64,000 nt of DNA from a virus, in IMG/VR virus record IMGVR_UViG_3300049489_001336, positions 32,001 to 96,000 of that record. The stretch is one strand, 5' to 3'. Position 1 is the first letter of the stretch. The number at the start of each line of letters is the position of its first letter. The notes below the pieces were generated by a model, which was given only the letters and a program-made list of their open reading frames with translations, was not told the DNA's origin and made no database searches. The position numbers and the translations under genes are program-made. Shown here piece after piece: positions 43,200 through 51,797 of this stretch.

Positions 43200-43637
43200 A
43201 TGCATTACGAAAATGGTCGCGCAATTGCTTTGATGTCTTTGGGTATTAAAAAAGCAAATGCGCTTGTGCATGTTCCAGGAATGGGGCGTACTCTCCGGCC
43301 CGGCTTATCTAACGAGGCAAAAGCACGATTGCTTACCGGAATTACCGGCACTGCCGGAGGTGCCGTAGGCGGCGCTCTTGTAGACGATGAGGACCCGCTG
43401 CGCGGAGCTTTGTGGGGCGGAGGCGTCAACGCTGCAGGAGGCCTGGTAGGCGCTCTCGCTTCGCGGCACCTAAAAAAGAACGAGCCAGCTGTCCATCGAA
43501 TGTTAGAACCAATGTACGAGAATATGTTGAAGCGCCCAGGAACCGCTGCAGGAGTAAGTGCAGGTTCTGGAATGCTGAGCGGTGCTATAACTTCTGGTAT
43601 TGCGAGCAGGTTCCGCGGTACTCCTGAACAAGGCTGA
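43200..43637 (+). CDS. small Gly-rich putative internal virion protein with targeting-like motif
   Basis: HYENGRAIALMSLGIKKANALVHVP; glycine zippers; RBS GAGGAG. Confidence 0.6.
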   Translation: MHYENGRAIALMSLGIKKANALVHVPGMGRTLRPGLSNEAKARLLTGITGTAGGAVGGALVDDEDPLRGALWGGGVNAAGGLVGALASRHLKKNEPAVHRMLEPMYENMLKRPGTAAGVSAGSGMLSGAITSGIASRFRGTPEQG

Positions 43638-43651
43638 ACCTATCCTTTCGT

Positions 43652-44116
43652 ATGCCCAGAACCCCTGACCGTACCCCTGGAGAATCCCTCGAAGAAGGGA
43701 CCGTCTACGACAACCGTCCGCCTGGTGAAGAACCCACCAGTGCGGGCGGTGTTCGGTACGTAGACGGGTCTTTTTCTTTTCGGGATAGTCTTGGTTTATT
43801 TAATCCGCGGTCAGGCGGTAGCGGTATTACGGAACCGCAACACAAAGCTCTTGACACTCTTGTTCACGATTTAGCTGAAGATAATTACACGGAGCTCACG
43901 TACACAGGGCAAGACCTTACGTCCGTGATTGTTTGGGAAACTGCCGCTAAATTGAAAAAAATACGCGAAGCCACCCTGTCTTATACAGGAGATGACTTAA
44001 CGCAGGTTATTGAAAAGCAGTACGACGCCGCAGGCACAACGGTTGTTGAAGAAATCACGTCCACGCTCGCTTACTCTAGCGGGGACCTAATAAGTGTGAC
44101 GGAGGACTTCACGTGA
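43652..44116 (+). CDS. structural protein with three L-x-Y-x-G-x-DL beta-hairpin repeats
   Basis: LTYTGQDLTSV, LSYTGDDLTQV, LAYSSGDLISV. Confidence 0.55.
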   Translation: MPRTPDRTPGESLEEGTVYDNRPPGEEPTSAGGVRYVDGSFSFRDSLGLFNPRSGGSGITEPQHKALDTLVHDLAEDNYTELTYTGQDLTSVIVWETAAKLKKIREATLSYTGDDLTQVIEKQYDAAGTTVVEEITSTLAYSSGDLISVTEDFT

Positions 44117-45969
44117 GTGTATTTAAAGCGGTCTTCGTCGCAGGTGGCAGAATTGCGCTCAAAGCAGGCAGCGCTCTTATCGGACGCGTTCACTTGCGTA
44201 ACCCTGGGGACACAGCGAACATGGGCGACGCGACTACGCCCGTACGCACAGACCCCACAGGGACAACTGCACAGCCTGTCACTGACAACGGGGGGTCCCT
44301 TACTGTAGATGGCACGGTCACTGCCAACGTGGGCACGACCAACGGTCTTGCACTCGATGCTACGCTTACGGGAGGCACTCAAAAAGCGATGGTTCGTGGG
44401 GGTGCAAAAGGCGCAACCACGGCTGCTGACGTCACTAGCACTGCTGAAGGCGCAGATCACCAGGCTGTGGACGTTCAGGTTTATCATGGCGGTTCTGCGA
44501 TTAATCCGACGGCTATTCGTGCGTTAACTGCTTCAGATGTTGTCACGAGTAACCAAGGCACTGCGGCGGCATTGTCTGGTTATTGGCCCGTGCGCGTTAC
44601 GGACGGCACCAATACGATGCCCACAGGCGACGTCGTTGGCAGGGCCCTTTTCGAAAAAATAACAGATGGAACCAACACTGCAGCCGTCAAAGCCGCCAGT
44701 ACTGCAGCAGTAGCTACAGACCCTGCACTTGTTGTTGCAGTGAGCCCCAACAACATAATTTCCACCGCAGCGGTTGACCCGTTAGGGGTACCTGTGTGGG
44801 GTACCGCGTTCGATGAAACGCGTGTTGCAGCCCCTTGGACGCTGGCAGACTTAATTAATAAATATGAAATCGATCCTCGTAACTACGCGTCACAAACAGC
44901 TACCGCAGGTACCGTTACCCATGTAGCTGCGCAAAGCGCAGTTCGTCTAACCGTCACAGGCACCAGCGGCTCTAGTGCAAAACTTAGAACAAATACGTTC
45001 TACCGCTACCAAGCAGGTAAAGGGCTGCGTTGGCGAACTACGCTTTACCACGCAGATACAGGACAAACTAACCAGACCCGGCGTTGGGGATTTTTCGACG
45101 ATAATGACGGTTTGTTCTTCCGACTCAGCGGCACAACCCTAAGCGTTGTTCAACGAAGTTCTGTTTCAGGTTCTGTTGTAGACACTGTCGTTAACCAGTC
45201 CGCTTGGAATTACGACCCCATGAACGGAACGGGGCCCAGCGGCATCACTTTGGATATTACCAAAGGCAATATCTACGAAGGTGTCTTTCAGTGGCTTGGG
45301 GTGGGCAGTGCCCACTTCTTTATCAATGGTCGGCTAGTTCATACGTTCCAAAATGCGAATACAATCGCCGCGCCTTATATGCGTACGGCACAGTTGCCTA
45401 TGTCTTGGGAGGTTGTCAATACAGGGACTTCGACTGCATCCAGCCTGACGTACGTCTGTGCGTCGGTTTTCGTTGAAGGAGGCGACCTTCCTCAAGCTAC
45501 TTCGTTTGCCGCGTACAACACAGCCGACATCAGTGTTACAACCACGGAACGTCCTGTGCTCTCCATCCGTCCTAAAGCTACATACAACGCGATTACGAAT
45601 AGAATGTTGGTTCTTCCATTTCTGATGTCGATATCCACCGAAGGAAGTCGCGCAGGCTTCCGTATTGCGATGAATTCTACCTTGACGGGCGCATCTTGGA
45701 CCTCTGTAGATGCTAATTCAGGGGTTGAATATGACTTGTCTGCGACGTCTGGTACCGGTGGACAAACACTCTTCCGTGGTTTTATGCCTAACTCTAACGA
45801 CAGCGCTACCTTGTCTTTAACAGAATTCTTTTCAGACAAAGCACACGGTCGCGCTTTGCGTTTAGACGCCTTTGCAACTACACAAGATGTTTTGACTATC
45901 TACGCCATCAATGAAGCCGCAGGTACGACGTTAATGCGCGCGTCGTTGGCTTGGGATGAGGTGCGGTAA
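44113..45969 (+). CDS. virion appendage/fibre-like protein with lectin-like domain
   Basis: 618 aa Thr/Ala-rich N-stalk; YRYQAGKG...RWGFFDDNDGLFF...WNYDP..GTGPSG...FQWLGVG domain. Confidence 0.6.
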   Translation: MSVFKAVFVAGGRIALKAGSALIGRVHLRNPGDTANMGDATTPVRTDPTGTTAQPVTDNGGSLTVDGTVTANVGTTNGLALDATLTGGTQKAMVRGGAKGATTAADVTSTAEGADHQAVDVQVYHGGSAINPTAIRALTASDVVTSNQGTAAALSGYWPVRVTDGTNTMPTGDVVGRALFEKITDGTNTAAVKAASTAAVATDPALVVAVSPNNIISTAAVDPLGVPVWGTAFDETRVAAPWTLADLINKYEIDPRNYASQTATAGTVTHVAAQSAVRLTVTGTSGSSAKLRTNTFYRYQAGKGLRWRTTLYHADTGQTNQTRRWGFFDDNDGLFFRLSGTTLSVVQRSSVSGSVVDTVVNQSAWNYDPMNGTGPSGITLDITKGNIYEGVFQWLGVGSAHFFINGRLVHTFQNANTIAAPYMRTAQLPMSWEVVNTGTSTASSLTYVCASVFVEGGDLPQATSFAAYNTADISVTTTERPVLSIRPKATYNAITNRMLVLPFLMSISTEGSRAGFRIAMNSTLTGASWTSVDANSGVEYDLSATSGTGGQTLFRGFMPNSNDSATLSLTEFFSDKAHGRALRLDAFATTQDVLTIYAINEAAGTTLMRASLAWDEVR

Positions 45970-47114
45970 TGGGCACACTTAGTACACTTTTAGATAATAT
46001 AACGCTTAATGCAAGTGGGTCCGCCAATTATCGGGCAGGACCCGAACAAGAAGTCGTTTTATTTTGGAATATCACAGGGCCCGTTACAGGAACCAGCCCT
46101 ACGCTGGTGTTTACGTTACAAGAAGTCGATCCAGGAGACGAAACAACTGCAAACGGGCAGTCTTCTACGAGTGCTCCTATTACAGCAGCAGGGACAGGGC
46201 AACTTGTTCTAAGCTTAATCACGAGCCCCATCATAAAAGTATCCTGGACCGTTGGAGGCTCTTCTCCATCGTTTGGGGCAACGCGCGTTACGTGTGTATC
46301 CAAAACAGTAGGTAATAAAGGGCCAATCGTAGCCGATGGCGCCGATACCACGTTGGGGGCGACCACCGACGCGGACACGGCTCTTACCGTGGTCGGCCGC
46401 CTTAAAAAAATTGTCGCGCTTTTGGCGGGAGGTTTACCTGCTGCCTTAGTAGGCGGGAGGCTGGATGTAAATACAGGCTCCTGGCTAGGTTCCACCGCGC
46501 CATCGGTAGGTCAAAAAACCTCCGCAAGCAGTCTACCGGTTGTTATCGCAAATGACCAGACCGTGCCCGTGTCTAGCGGTGCAACTGAAGAAGCTACGTT
46601 TACCGTAACTGCCTTAGCGGTTGTTTTAGGGAATAACAAGTCGTTACTAAGTCTCTACAACCCAACAGCAAGTACCAAGATTTTGAAACTGCGTGAATAC
46701 TACGTACGAAATGCACAAACAACAGCTGTCACAGGCGTTGCCGCACAGTTACACATTTATCGGTTTGCGAGCGGCAGTGCCCCTACTGGGGGGACCGCGC
46801 TAACTCCGTACGTACACGATACCGCCGACACGCTCGGAGTGGGGATTGACGCTCGTACAGGTGGCACCATCGCAGGAGAGGTGGCGGCGGTGGCCGACGT
46901 GATGCGCATCAGCTCCGATGAGTGGGGGCCTGGTACCTTAGACCAAGAAGGCGCGCAGCAAACCATCAGTAACTACTTGCCCGCGCGAGTAAAGAGAGAC
47001 GCGCAACAAAAACCCATTGCAGTGCTTCGTCCAGGGCAGGGTGTCCATTTGAAATGCGCGACCAATACGACGGCAGGTAGTTTTGATTTAATCTTCGTAT
47101 TTACACAGGTGTGA
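45969..47114 (+). CDS. virion appendage/fibre-like protein
   Basis: 381 aa beta-rich, Thr/Gly/Ala-rich, coupled to both neighbours. Confidence 0.55.
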   Translation: MGTLSTLLDNITLNASGSANYRAGPEQEVVLFWNITGPVTGTSPTLVFTLQEVDPGDETTANGQSSTSAPITAAGTGQLVLSLITSPIIKVSWTVGGSSPSFGATRVTCVSKTVGNKGPIVADGADTTLGATTDADTALTVVGRLKKIVALLAGGLPAALVGGRLDVNTGSWLGSTAPSVGQKTSASSLPVVIANDQTVPVSSGATEEATFTVTALAVVLGNNKSLLSLYNPTASTKILKLREYYVRNAQTTAVTGVAAQLHIYRFASGSAPTGGTALTPYVHDTADTLGVGIDARTGGTIAGEVAAVADVMRISSDEWGPGTLDQEGAQQTISNYLPARVKRDAQQKPIAVLRPGQGVHLKCATNTTAGSFDLIFVFTQV

Positions 47115-47118
47115 TTTT

Positions 47119-48063
47119 ATGGCGCGACTTGACCGTAGACTTCGGGTTTCCTGGGAAACGTTAAAAACGTTAGCTAACCAAAAGCGCGTTGGCTACCACA
47201 GTTATGAAACTGAAAATGCCATCGAAGTCTATTTGATCGAGGACGGGGAGCCGTCTTTTTGGGCCTGCGTCTACAAAAGTACCGACCCCTCGTATGACGT
47301 GGACACTTACAACGATTGGATTGACAACTACGCTCTTACAGCAAACGGCCCGTCTCGTCCTCGTGACTATGATGGACGTGACGTATTTCTTCCCGTCACG
47401 TTGGGTGCGGGCCAGTGGCATTATTGGCACGGTGAGGGAGATGACGTTGAGGAGGAAACTATAGGGGGCGGCGCTGCGTTTGCCGTATCCCGCTCGACCG
47501 CAGGGGAGAGTACTGTTGTTTGGCGTTACCGTGACCCCGTATGGATTGCAGGCGGTTCTTTCAAGTACGAGGGAGCACAACTCGGGGATTGGGTGCGGTT
47601 TGAGATCTATGCCCCTGCAACACCTATTACGCCCAGTGCAGGAGGCAATACAGGTAATTGCAACCTGCACGAGTCTGGGGTGCTCATTCCTGCGGCAGGG
47701 GATGGCGCGTACAACGTAGACTTAGAAAATACGTACCCAGTACCTACCTCTGACTTCGCGCCTTACTCTGGGTTTTGGAATTACGCATTACCAGCGGACA
47801 TGAAAGGAAAAGGAGTAACCACGGCGGGCACACCAGGAGGGTCCAAGTATCACTTAATCCCTGCACGGGTAAATTTGGATTTGTTCGTCAACAAGGAGAG
47901 GTTGTTGGGTAGCGGATTAAGCACCTATGAGCCTCAAAACATTCGCGTGAGTCTTTGTCTCCCTGGTTGGGAATTTGAGTGCACCATCCATAACGAGACA
48001 GGAGACCATACATTAGAAGCGATTTGGCGTGTTTTAGTGAGCCGTTATTGGACGACTGTTTAA
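47119..48063 (+). CDS. hypothetical structural protein
   Basis: 314 aa, aromatic- and Gly-rich, last gene of the + strand cluster. Confidence 0.55.
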   Translation: MARLDRRLRVSWETLKTLANQKRVGYHSYETENAIEVYLIEDGEPSFWACVYKSTDPSYDVDTYNDWIDNYALTANGPSRPRDYDGRDVFLPVTLGAGQWHYWHGEGDDVEEETIGGGAAFAVSRSTAGESTVVWRYRDPVWIAGGSFKYEGAQLGDWVRFEIYAPATPITPSAGGNTGNCNLHESGVLIPAAGDGAYNVDLENTYPVPTSDFAPYSGFWNYALPADMKGKGVTTAGTPGGSKYHLIPARVNLDLFVNKERLLGSGLSTYEPQNIRVSLCLPGWEFECTIHNETGDHTLEAIWRVLVSRYWTTV

Positions 48064-48068
48064 TAGCT

Positions 48069-48101
48069 AAAAAATAGAACGGGCAAAATCCCGTTCTATT
48101 T
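48069..48101. terminator. bidirectional Rho-independent terminator
   Basis: AAATAGAACGGG-CAAAAT-CCCGTTCTATTT between convergent genes. Confidence 0.75.
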
Positions 48102-48778
48102 CAGGCCACAGCCCGATAGAGATCGTCCCCGGACCTGTACTGCACAGGCGCCGTATGGACTATTCGGTGTGAAGGCTTAGCCCAAACATTAGCGCGAGCA
48201 TACGTGTCGTCTTCGTCGGATTCCAACGACACTTTCTGCGCTAACAAAACGTCATAGATGGGGAGATTTCCGGGAGGAAGGACACACCATTCTTCGATGA
48301 TATTTCCTTGCATGTCCAACCTGAAAATGTTGTGCATGCGTCCTCGACGGATCTCAAAAATATTTCCTTTGTTGGAGACAACGCGAAACTTATTTTGCGT
48401 CTCCAACATGGTGCGTTGTTCTTCGGTAAGGCACATGTACAACAGCGCTTTGGCGCGTTCTTCGACAATTTGCGAAATGGCCCGCTGTGCTTCATTGGGA
48501 ACAACGATGGGAGACGCGGGTGAATACATAGGGCGTCGCGTAGGATAGTTTTCGTAACGAAATACGTCCAAACCGGTTACTGTGTATGTACTTAAAGAGG
48601 GAAACCACGCTGTAGACACAGCGTTCCCGTATGTGGTGGAACTTGTGGATGCGCTGTACGCCGTCGTGTCTACCCACCCGCTGTTACCCATACAATGGGC
48701 CTGGTACGCGTGATACACCCGATACATTTCATTGGAATTAAACGCGATTGTAGACGTGATTTCCGTGTCAACAATCAC
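48101..48778 (-). CDS. hypothetical protein, Cys-containing partner of the GG-terminated protein
   Basis: GTG start overlapping the TGA of 48775 (GTGA); C-terminal domain RAKALL...MHNIF...EWCVLPPGNLPIYDVLLAQKVSLE. Confidence 0.6.
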   Translation of the reverse strand: MIVDTEITSTIAFNSNEMYRVYHAYQAHCMGNSGWVDTTAYSASTSSTTYGNAVSTAWFPSLSTYTVTGLDVFRYENYPTRRPMYSPASPIVVPNEAQRAISQIVEERAKALLYMCLTEEQRTMLETQNKFRVVSNKGNIFEIRRGRMHNIFRLDMQGNIIEEWCVLPPGNLPIYDVLLAQKVSLESDEDDTYARANVWAKPSHRIVHTAPVQYRSGDDLYRAVA

Positions 48779-49047
48779 CCGCCCTGCAACGGGGGCCGCA
48801 TCAGGATTTTCTCGGCGTTCGGGTCGAACTCCCGGATCTGCTCCCCTGTGCTCCCGTCGCTGTTTAGCCTGAAGGCTACGTAGCCTTTCTTTTTCAAGAC
48901 GTCGAAGCTCGCCTTTGCTGCTTCGACTTCCACCGCATTGTTTTTGTCCCAATGCACCTTGGAGTCCCCCGACAGGTCCATTCCGAACATGATCCCCGTG
49001 GACGACTCTGTGCGTTCGTTTGGTTGCACCACATGCTGCAGCTGCAT
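48775..49047 (-). CDS. small protein ending in LQGG; ubiquitin-like (beta-grasp) candidate
   Basis: 90 aa, RBS GGAAGAGAG, apparent beta-beta-alpha-beta-beta-beta order, C-terminal diglycine. Confidence 0.6.
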   Translation of the reverse strand: MQLQHVVQPNERTESSTGIMFGMDLSGDSKVHWDKNNAVEVEAAKASFDVLKKKGYVAFRLNSDGSTGEQIREFDPNAEKILMRPPLQGG

Positions 49048-49124
49048 TTGCCATCTCTCTTCCTAAAAGAAAAAAGACACGTAAAATACGCGTCTTTATC
49101 TTATGCCACAAAATATGGATTATC

Positions 49125-49523
49125 TCAGATTTGAGCGCCATGCTCGCGCAAAATACCGACGAGATCTGGCGGTTTCCATCCTTCGGGTTTTAGAATTTTG
49201 CCGTCGGCTCTAAACGTGGCTACCCCGTTCGGGAATTTAGCCATATTGGAACGTTGTACTTCATTGAAGATAGCCGCCAACGGAATACCATACGTATGGG
49301 CGGTCTCTGCAATAATGTACGCCATATCGGCTAGCGCATCCGAGATTTTCACAATATCGGAATCGCTTTCAGCTGAAAGGTACTCTTCGTATTCCTCACG
49401 CAAAAGGCGAAGCCGTAATCTGCGCACTTCCATGTCTTCCGGAAAACCGGGAGTCGTCGCAGGCTTTCTGCCTGCCGCTGTCATGAATTCAAAGACAGCG
49501 TCCATTACCTTTTCCAAAGCCAC
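49125..49523 (-). CDS. MazG-like/PRA-PH family nucleoside triphosphate pyrophosphohydrolase
   Basis: RLRLLREEYEEY...ISDALADMAY...FNEVQRSNMAK...DGKILKPEGWKPPD. Confidence 0.85.
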   Translation of the reverse strand: MALEKVMDAVFEFMTAAGRKPATTPGFPEDMEVRRLRLRLLREEYEEYLSAESDSDIVKISDALADMAYIIAETAHTYGIPLAAIFNEVQRSNMAKFPNGVATFRADGKILKPEGWKPPDLVGILREHGAQI

Positions 49524-49526
49524 TCC

Positions 49527-49880
49527 TTACGCGTGAAACACCGCCCCATGATACGCAGCGTACATGCGATACTGCGGTATTTGCTTCACGTCGTCCATGT
49601 CTAGAAAACCGATGTCAAGCATCCGCGTAATCGCAGTGTCTACACAATGCCAACACGGATGATAATAGGCGACTTGCTGCAAAAGCCATTTAAAATTGCC
49701 CTGCGCGTTAAGTTGCATACTCTGCAGTTGTGCGCACATTTCTTGTTTACGTCCGTCAGGAAGCGGTTGATCTGCCTCAACCACAAGAGATTCAAAAACC
49801 GTTAAAACGGCATTTAACGTATCTTCGTCCTTAAAGAAGGTCCGATTTTTAATCAATACGGCGAGCTCTTTGAGATCCAA
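49527..49880 (-). CDS. hypothetical protein
   Basis: 117 aa, TTG start with GAGGTGG RBS. Confidence 0.5.
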   Translation of the reverse strand: MDLKELAVLIKNRTFFKDEDTLNAVLTVFESLVVEADQPLPDGRKQEMCAQLQSMQLNAQGNFKWLLQQVAYYHPCWHCVDTAITRMLDIGFLDMDDVKQIPQYRMYAAYHGAVFHA

Positions 49881-49898
49881 CGTACCACCTCTATGTTC

Positions 49899-50432
49899 TT
49901 ATACCGCGCTCTTTTCCCATACTTGAAAAGAGTATGCAAAAGCCTCGCCCTGAAGCTGTTCTGATTCTTGAGTCTTTTTAAAGCCAGAAAGAAGCGGGAA
50001 TCGCACATCACAAGGAATCTCAGCGTGTACTTGTGTCAAATAAACTTTGCGACACTCAGGAAGCCAAAGCGCTTCTTGATACACTTGACTTCCACCAATG
50101 ACAAAAACGCGCTCTATATACGCCAGAGCTTTGCAATAAGCCAAGGCCGCGTCCAGGCTCGGTAGCACGAAAGCATACGGCCAAACGCCGTAATCTTCAT
50201 TTCGCGACAAAATGAAATTGACGCGATCTGGCAAAGGTCGAAACTTTTGAGGGATAGACTCCCAAGTCTTCCGACCCATGATCACCGCGTTCTTTTTATT
50301 CGGATCTTCCGTCCAAGACGTAAGTACTTTGAAGTGCTTCATGTCTCCAGGAAGTTGCCAAGGCAACTTGCCGTCTTTACCAATTCCTCTTTGGGAATCC
50401 ATCGCAACCACAAGGTCAAACGGAATAGACAT
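49899..50432 (-). CDS. folA: dihydrofolate reductase
   Basis: VVAMDSQRGIGKDGKLPW.LPGDMKHF, VIMGRKTWES, RPLPDR.N, FVIGGSQVY. Confidence 0.95.
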   Translation of the reverse strand: MSIPFDLVVAMDSQRGIGKDGKLPWQLPGDMKHFKVLTSWTEDPNKKNAVIMGRKTWESIPQKFRPLPDRVNFILSRNEDYGVWPYAFVLPSLDAALAYCKALAYIERVFVIGGSQVYQEALWLPECRKVYLTQVHAEIPCDVRFPLLSGFKKTQESEQLQGEAFAYSFQVWEKSAV

Positions 50433-50450
50433 GAAGCACCTCTTTGTAAG

Positions 50451-50960
50451 TCAGTACAGGTCCCCAGGCTTAGGCGGGAAAAAAGATTTCCACTTGGTCT
50501 CTTGATGGTCGATGACCAACGCGTCATGTTCATCCAAACGGTAAACGCCCACACCGGCTGCTGCCGCGTGCGCATACAATCGATTCAAATGCTCTTCAGC
50601 ACGGTAAGGTTCGTCGTAAATGATGCACTTTAAGCCTGCGTTACAGATTAGTTTAAAACATTGCCAACAAGGCAGTGCCGTACAATAAAGAATAGCGCCT
50701 TCGACACGGACACCGTTTTTGGCTGCTTGGGCGATAGCATTACATTCCGCATGCACTGCGCGAATACAATGCCCCTCTTCCATCAAATGCCCCTCATCGT
50801 CACAGTGAGGCGTCCCAAGCACCGAGCCGTTGTATCCAGTAGCAATAATATGCCGGTCCTTGGATACGATCACCGCCCCTACGTGTTTACGATTGCACGT
50901 AGCGCGCGACGAGACCTGGTACGCCACATCCATAAAATAACGAAACCAATTTTTACGCAT
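50451..50960 (-). CDS. dCMP deaminase (ComEB-like)
   Basis: RATC..KHVGAVIV...ATGYNG, HAECNAI, PCWQC; ATG 50960. Confidence 0.92.
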   Translation of the reverse strand: MRKNWFRYFMDVAYQVSSRATCNRKHVGAVIVSKDRHIIATGYNGSVLGTPHCDDEGHLMEEGHCIRAVHAECNAIAQAAKNGVRVEGAILYCTALPCWQCFKLICNAGLKCIIYDEPYRAEEHLNRLYAHAAAAGVGVYRLDEHDALVIDHQETKWKSFFPPKPGDLY

Positions 50961-51119
50961 TTGATTACCCGTAAAAGCTAAAAAAGGCCCCACCAGCACC
51001 AATGCCAGTGGGGCCCCTATACGACAGCAGCACTCTAACTCTAGGCGAGAGTGCTAGGTCCTGGCAAGTCTCGGTTACGGTAATCAAAGACAGCAAAACA
51101 TTCCACTTCAAAGTGGAAT
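50961..51119 (-). ncRNA. structured intergenic element (cis-regulatory leader or small RNA; strand uncertain)
   Basis: Long-range stem TTGATTACC-GTAA/TTACGGGTAATCAA enclosing a GCACTCT/AGAGTGC hairpin and a terminator-like GGCCCCAC/GTGGGGCC + U-run; separate ATTCCACTT/AAGTGGAAT hairpin. Confidence 0.45.
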
Positions 51120-51131
51120 AGCTTGCATTAT

Positions 51132-51797
51132 TTATTCAACGGGAGGCGTCGCGCCTTCGGGCTCAGCGAGACCCAAAACCTGCTCTTCCTTAAGAAGGAG
51201 TCCTGTGGTTTTAGATGAACCCTTCCACTCCCCATGCCCCAGCTCAGCAACGGCCACCACGTAGTGCAGCGTGTTTGCCCGCACTTCTGCAACAACGCCT
51301 ACCCCTTTCTTAAAGCGACTTTTAGAGCCTTCCGGAACTTGATAATCAAGCATCACACGATCGCCCTGCGCATACTTGGGCTGAAGCCCATACGTCTTCA
51401 CCCAAGCCTGCTCCGCGAGCTCAACCCCGTAATGCCGGTGATGCTCTGCCGAGTCCAAATCACTGACGATAGATGCGTCGATTTCCCAACCCTTACGGTC
51501 TAGCGCCTTCGCCAACGCGTATCCGTCCCAACTGTATTCCTCATCAAGGATATCGATCAAATCGAAGTATTCGCCGTAATCATCCGATTCTTTGGCGTCT
51601 TCATGCGCTTCTTCGATTTGTTCGTCTGAAAGCCCTTGATTCTTTAATTCATGTATCGTGGGAGGTATTTTAAACCCCATAGTTTTACACAACTTACGCG
51701 CGACACCTTGCAACACTTCAGGGTCGTGCGCATCCGGGCGTGGCGGCGTTTTTCCAGGTGCCGTGGCAACATCAGGGATTACAAGTTGTTCTGGCAT
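51132..51797 (-). CDS. hypothetical protein (SH3-like C-terminus)
   Basis: 221 aa acidic; PKYAQGDRV...GVVAEV...YVVAV. Confidence 0.55.
   Translation of the reverse strand: MPEQLVIPDVATAPGKTPPRPDAHDPEVLQGVARKLCKTMGFKIPPTIHELKNQGLSDEQIEEAHEDAKESDDYGEYFDLIDILDEEYSWDGYALAKALDRKGWEIDASIVSDLDSAEHHRHYGVELAEQAWVKTYGLQPKYAQGDRVMLDYQVPEGSKSRFKKGVGVVAEVRANTLHYVVAVAELGHGEWKGSSKTTGLLLKEEQVLGLAEPEGATPPVE

Noticed and set aside
48101-49141. 346-aa ORF from the track taken as one protein
   Set aside because: Its first 121 codons overlap the 90-aa LQGG ORF in another frame and read as low-quality sequence; the GTG at 48778 overlapping the TGA is the more plausible start
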